Source: Octopus bimaculoides (lineage: Eukaryota). Taken from it: a stretch of DNA of 54,053 nt. The stretch's first letter is position 1. Each line of letters opens with the position of its first letter. A program made the position numbers and the translations under genes. The notes below the pieces were generated by a model. The model did no database searches. It saw only the letters and a list, made by a program, of their open reading frames with translations, and was not told the origin of the DNA. Below, piece by piece: positions 49,915 to 54,053 of the stretch. The stretch lies in NCBI RefSeq assembly GCF_001194135.2, contig NC_068998.1, forward strand, positions 34,330,270 to 34,384,322. The letters run 5' to 3'.

Positions 49915-50125
49915 CTACCAAAGGCACAAGGCCTGAAATTTTGGTTGCGGGTGCTAGTTGATTATAACAACATCAGTGTTGGACTGGTACTTATTTCATG
50001 AACCTTAAAATAATGAACGGCAAAGTCAAACCTCAGCACACTTTAAACTCAGAATGTGAAGATAGACAAAATTCTGCTAAGCATCTTGTCTGACATGCTC
50101 ATGATTCTGTCAGCTCACTGCTTTA
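49915..50125 (-). mobile_element. SINE family B
   Basis: gcacaaggcctgaaattttgg..ctggtacttatttc..gcaaagtcaaacctcagc..aactcagaatg. Confidence 0.8.
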
Positions 50126-50371
50126 CCCAAGTTCATGATAATATCATTTTTTTATGGTGCCATGCTGCAGTATCGAACCATGAACTTCATTTTATGAAGT
50201 CAGATTTTTTAACCATTCAGCCATTCAGTCATCTGTATTTAATATTGGGACCGTTAAATTATGAAGTCATTGATTACACTTCATTTACTTAATAAAGAAC
50301 TCCATCCTTTGGTGAGTCAGGTTTTTTCATAAATGTACTAGGTTTTATTCTTACAATGTGCGTGTGTGTAT

Positions 50372-50402
<31 letters not shown>

Positions 50403-50902
50403 CGCGTGTACACAATAATTTAATGGAGTCTTAGCAGTGACTTAAGTTTCATGTTCAAGTGGAACATCTTTTCAATAAATAGCTTTTTACAGTTCTAGAA
50501 ACTTAACCTAGTTTTCTTTAAATCAGAGTAACTTCCCTTTTACTATCACCATATCTTCTTGCAATATCTTGTAAATCCCCAACAGCCACATTTCATATAT
50601 TTTCCAGCCAATCCTGTTGAATCTATAATATTGTTCAGTTCCATTTATCCCAAATAAAATAAATGCTTTACTTGAACATGGAACATGAATTACTGCCAAG
50701 TTTCCATTGAAGAACATTTACAACTCAAGAATTTAGTACCTTTATTTGTCAAACTCTATCCATATATGTATGTGGGTGTGTGGGTATATGCGTTTACGTA
50801 TTTGTTTGGATGAATGAGCTTATATAAAGAAACAGTTACATATATATAACTATATGGCACTATATGAATGTTTGTAAATATATCTGTATATATTAACTTT
50901 AA

Positions 50903-51190
50903 AGCACATGGCTCAGTGGTCAGAGCACATGGCTTGATGGTTAGAGCATCAGGCTCACAGTCATGAGGTAGTGACTACAATTCTTGGACCGGGCTGTGTT
51001 GTGTTCTTGGGCAAGACACTTTATTTCACATTGCTCCAGTTCACTCAGCAGTAGAAATGAGTTGTGATGTCACTGGTGCTGAGCTGTATTGGCCTTTCCC
51101 TTTCCCTTGGATAACATTAGTGGTGTGGAGAGAGGAGGCTGGTATGCATGGCTAACTACTGGTCTTCCATACACAACTTTGCCTGGACAA
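50903..51190 (+). mobile_element. SINE family C with a 21-bp tandem duplication of the head
   Basis: agcacatggctcagtggtcag / agcacatggcttgatggttag, then gtgttcttgggcaagacactttatttcacattgctccagttcactcagc. Confidence 0.85.
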
Positions 51191-51599
51191 TCTCATGGTC
51201 TTTCATGACCGAAGGTTTTTAAAGATGTCTTTACCTTTTTATTAGCCTTAATGTAGGGATGGATAAGCAAACATAGTTCTTTGGATTTCTAAATATATGG
51301 GTATGTTGACATGTGCTATTGTATGCATAGATATGCACAAATACGCATGCACACATGCACACACACACACGCACACACATTAAATTTCAGTTAATATTAC
51401 ATCTGCTGATATAAGATAATAAGTAAATACAACCGAGCTCAGTTTGACTTCCTGCCTAAATCCAACTAGAACTGTCATTAAAAATGCAGTGAAGTAATAG
51501 ATGTCTAAATAAGGATTGGTTATTGGCAGTGCTTCAATCAAACTGGTACCTGTTTAATAGAATAAAGGTATAAGCAAGCAAGCAACTGGTATCAAGTCA

Positions 51600-52030
51600 G
51601 ATTATGACATTTATATATTTGTATATTTATACTAAGGCAGAAATAGATGGTCACTAAAATGCTGGCTGTGGACTGCATGCAGGGAATTGTGCAATACTCA
51701 TTCACCCGCTCTCCTATGCTCTGTGCTGTTTCCCCTACATACGTCATTGTGCAATACTCATTCACTTGCTCTCCCATGCTCTGTGCTGTTTCCCCTACAT
51801 ACGTCATTGTCTTGTTACTGCACCATCGTTCTGTACATTTTATACTATAGACTATATTCCTAGCTTTACAGTTAGTTTGTGGGCTAAATCTACATACAGT
51901 AGAGTTCCTATCAGTACAGGGGGTTCTACTAAAAGGGTAGGTTCTACCAATTAGGGATTTGATAGGTGTGCTTGGCCTTTCTACAACCATACACATGCGC
52001 AAATAAAGAAACTTACAATAGGAATACAAA
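51600..52030 (-). mobile_element. Penelope-like GIY-YIG endonuclease fragment with a Cys-rich linker
   Basis: RTYPFSRTPCTDRNSTVCRFSPQTNCKARNIVYSIKCTE..YVGETAQSMGE (VY..YVG = GIY-YIG motif). 60-bp tandem duplication at 51686-51805. Confidence 0.85.
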
Positions 52031-52196
52031 ATGGCTGATCATTAGTAAGGAAAGACACACAAAAGAGCAAGAAGAAAGCAAAGGACCACTGATGAGGTCA
52101 CAGAAGTGTGATGAATGAACGCTGAAGCGAGTGAACACCAAATATAGAGTGTGTGTGTTTTTAATGGCTAAACTGGCAACATGACCATCCCCAAAT

Positions 52197-52251
<55 letters not shown>

Positions 52252-52269
52252 TATATGCATCATGCACTC

Positions 52270-52430
52270 ATGATGCTTCATCAACCAAGAGAAGGTGGAA
52301 ACTTCAGTGACGGAGTCTTTCACCTTGAAGGAAAAGAACTTGTATCAACCTGGGATCAAAGAACTGGCAGAAAAAGGTGGCTTCAGACCAGTGCAACATG
52401 ATGGCCTCTACTTTGAATGCTATACTTAAC
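52270..52430 (+). mobile_element. Mariner transposase extreme C-terminal fragment
   Basis: ETSVTESFTLKEKNLYQPGIKELAE..VQHDGLYFE resembles the mariner end (FF..K...Y..GI..L..RW...GxYFE). Confidence 0.7.
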
Positions 52431-52557
52431 TCAGCATAAAATATATATATACACACGCATATATATGCATGTATATATATATATATATATCTATCTATAT
52501 ATATGTATACACACACACACACACACTCACACACATATGTACATATATACACACACA

Positions 52558-53220
52558 CACATCATCATCATCCTCATTTGCTTTCCATGCTGGCATGGTT
52601 TCTATGGCTGGATGCTCTTCCAAACACCAACCACTCTGAGAGTGTAATGAGTGCTTTATTACATGTCACCAGCATGGGTGTCAGTTATGTGACACTGACA
52701 TCAACCACAACTGCGATTTCACTTGGCTTGATGAGTCTTCTCAAGCACAGCATATCACCAAAGGTCTCAGTCACTTATCACCTCAGTTAGGACCAACGTT
52801 CAAAGAGGGCCTTTCACTTGCCTGTTGCATGACACTGGCATCAGCCATGACTACGATTGCACTTAGCTTGACAGGTCTACTTGAGCATGGCATATCATCA
52901 AAGGTCTCAATCACTTGTCATTGCTTCTGAGGCCTAACGTTCAAAGATCAAGCTTCACCACCCCATTTTGTGTCTTCTTGGGTCTACCTCTTCCACAGGC
53001 TCCCTCCACAGTTAGAAATCAGTACTTCTTTACATAGCTGTCCTCGAGCATATGCATCACATGACCATACCAGTGCAGTCATCTCTTTTGCTCACCACAT
53101 CTGATGCCTCTGATGCCCAGTTTTTCTCAAGATGCTAACACTCTGTCAAACATGCACACTGATATTGCACATACAGCGAAGTATACTAGCTTCATTTCCT
53201 TCAAGTCTATGTATATCCTT
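52558..53220 (-). mobile_element. RTE LINE 3' end (ORF2 C-terminus, 3'UTR and (GAT)n tail)
   Basis: Minus strand EGNEASILRCMCNISVH..QSVSILR; RTE tail as at 10400. Internal duplication of about 150 bp (about 52690-52800 vs 52840-52945). Confidence 0.85.
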
Positions 53221-53554
53221 CACACACACACACATATATATACATATACACACACATACATATAAACACACACATGCACACACACACACATAATTATATA
53301 TATGTATATATATATATATATATATATACCTAATTTAATATAGACTAACATGTGCAATGTGTTACCAATGACGAAAACTATAATTGTCACTAAATATGAT
53401 TAGGATGTCAGATCACATTGCTTGAAATGAGAGCTAAAATGCTCTAATGCAGTAGTTAAAGAGCATAATTGTCTACACATACTGACAGGGACCGTATTCA
53501 CCCAAAAGCAGTGGTTAAGAATTCCCTTATATTTATATACATATATATTCTTTC

Positions 53555-53815
53555 ATTCTTTTACTTGTTTAAGTCATCTGACTGTGGCTGTGCTGGAGCA
53601 CCACCTTTAGTCAAACAAATTAGCCCCAGGATTTATTCTTTGTAAGCCTAGTACTTATTCTATCGGTCACTTTTGCCAAACTGCTAAGTTATGGGAACAT
53701 AAATACACCAACATCAGTTGTCAAGCGATGGGGTGGGGACAAACACAGACACACAAATACATACATACATATAGATATACGTATATATATATATATATCT
53801 ATACGACAGACTTCT
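53555..53815 (-). mobile_element. SINE family A 3' part
   Basis: cttttacttgtttaagtcatctgactgtggc..ctaagttatgggaacataaatacacc..gacagacttctttc. Confidence 0.85.
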
Positions 53816-53816
53816 T

Positions 53817-54035
53817 TCGATTTGTTGACTAAAGGGTGTGCTCTAGCATGGCCACAGTCAAATGACTGAAACAAGTAAAAGAATAAAAATATATATATAC
53901 ATGCTTACCAACCACATGGTTCTGGGTACAGTCCCACAGTGTAGCACCTTGAGCAAGTGTTTTCTTCTATAGCCTTGGGCCAACCAAAGCCTTGTGAGTG
54001 GATTTGGTAGAGAGAAACTGAAAGAAGCCTGTCAT
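53817..54035 (+). mobile_element. SINE family A tail (53817-53890) followed by another family A head (53900-54035)
   Basis: tcgatttgttgactaaagg..gactgaaacaagtaaaagaa, then gcttaccaaccacatggttctggg..gaaactgaaagaagcc. Confidence 0.85.
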
Positions 54036-54053
54036 ATGTATATATATATATAT

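Overview
Eukaryotic, AT-rich, microsatellite-dense DNA with seven N-gaps. The SINE and RTE repeat families look cephalopod (Octopus-like); this is inferred from repeat style, not from a database search. I recognised no host protein-coding gene, and most entries in the ORF track are artefacts of gaps or simple repeats. The window is mostly decayed mobile DNA: three tRNA-headed SINE families (called A, B, C here), RTE LINE fragments and tails, two CR1/L2-group LINE RT fragments (one joined directly to a CCCH-finger ORF1), one near-full-length and two partial mariner transposons, a hAT-type MITE with TIRs and an 8-bp TSD, and Penelope-like elements (PLE: RT at 44.0-46.7 kb, GIY-YIG at 51.6-52.0 kb). 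The most notable unexplained structures are: (i) a 361-bp fold-back whose left arm holds an intact minimal hammerhead-ribozyme core while the right arm holds an inactivated mirror copy, with two more hammerhead-like motifs elsewhere; (ii) a 539-bp, about 98%-identical inverted duplication of non-TE-looking DNA; (iii) a PLE RT with a long insertion between motifs A and B'; and (iv) a 229-bp identical duplication inserted into that PLE.
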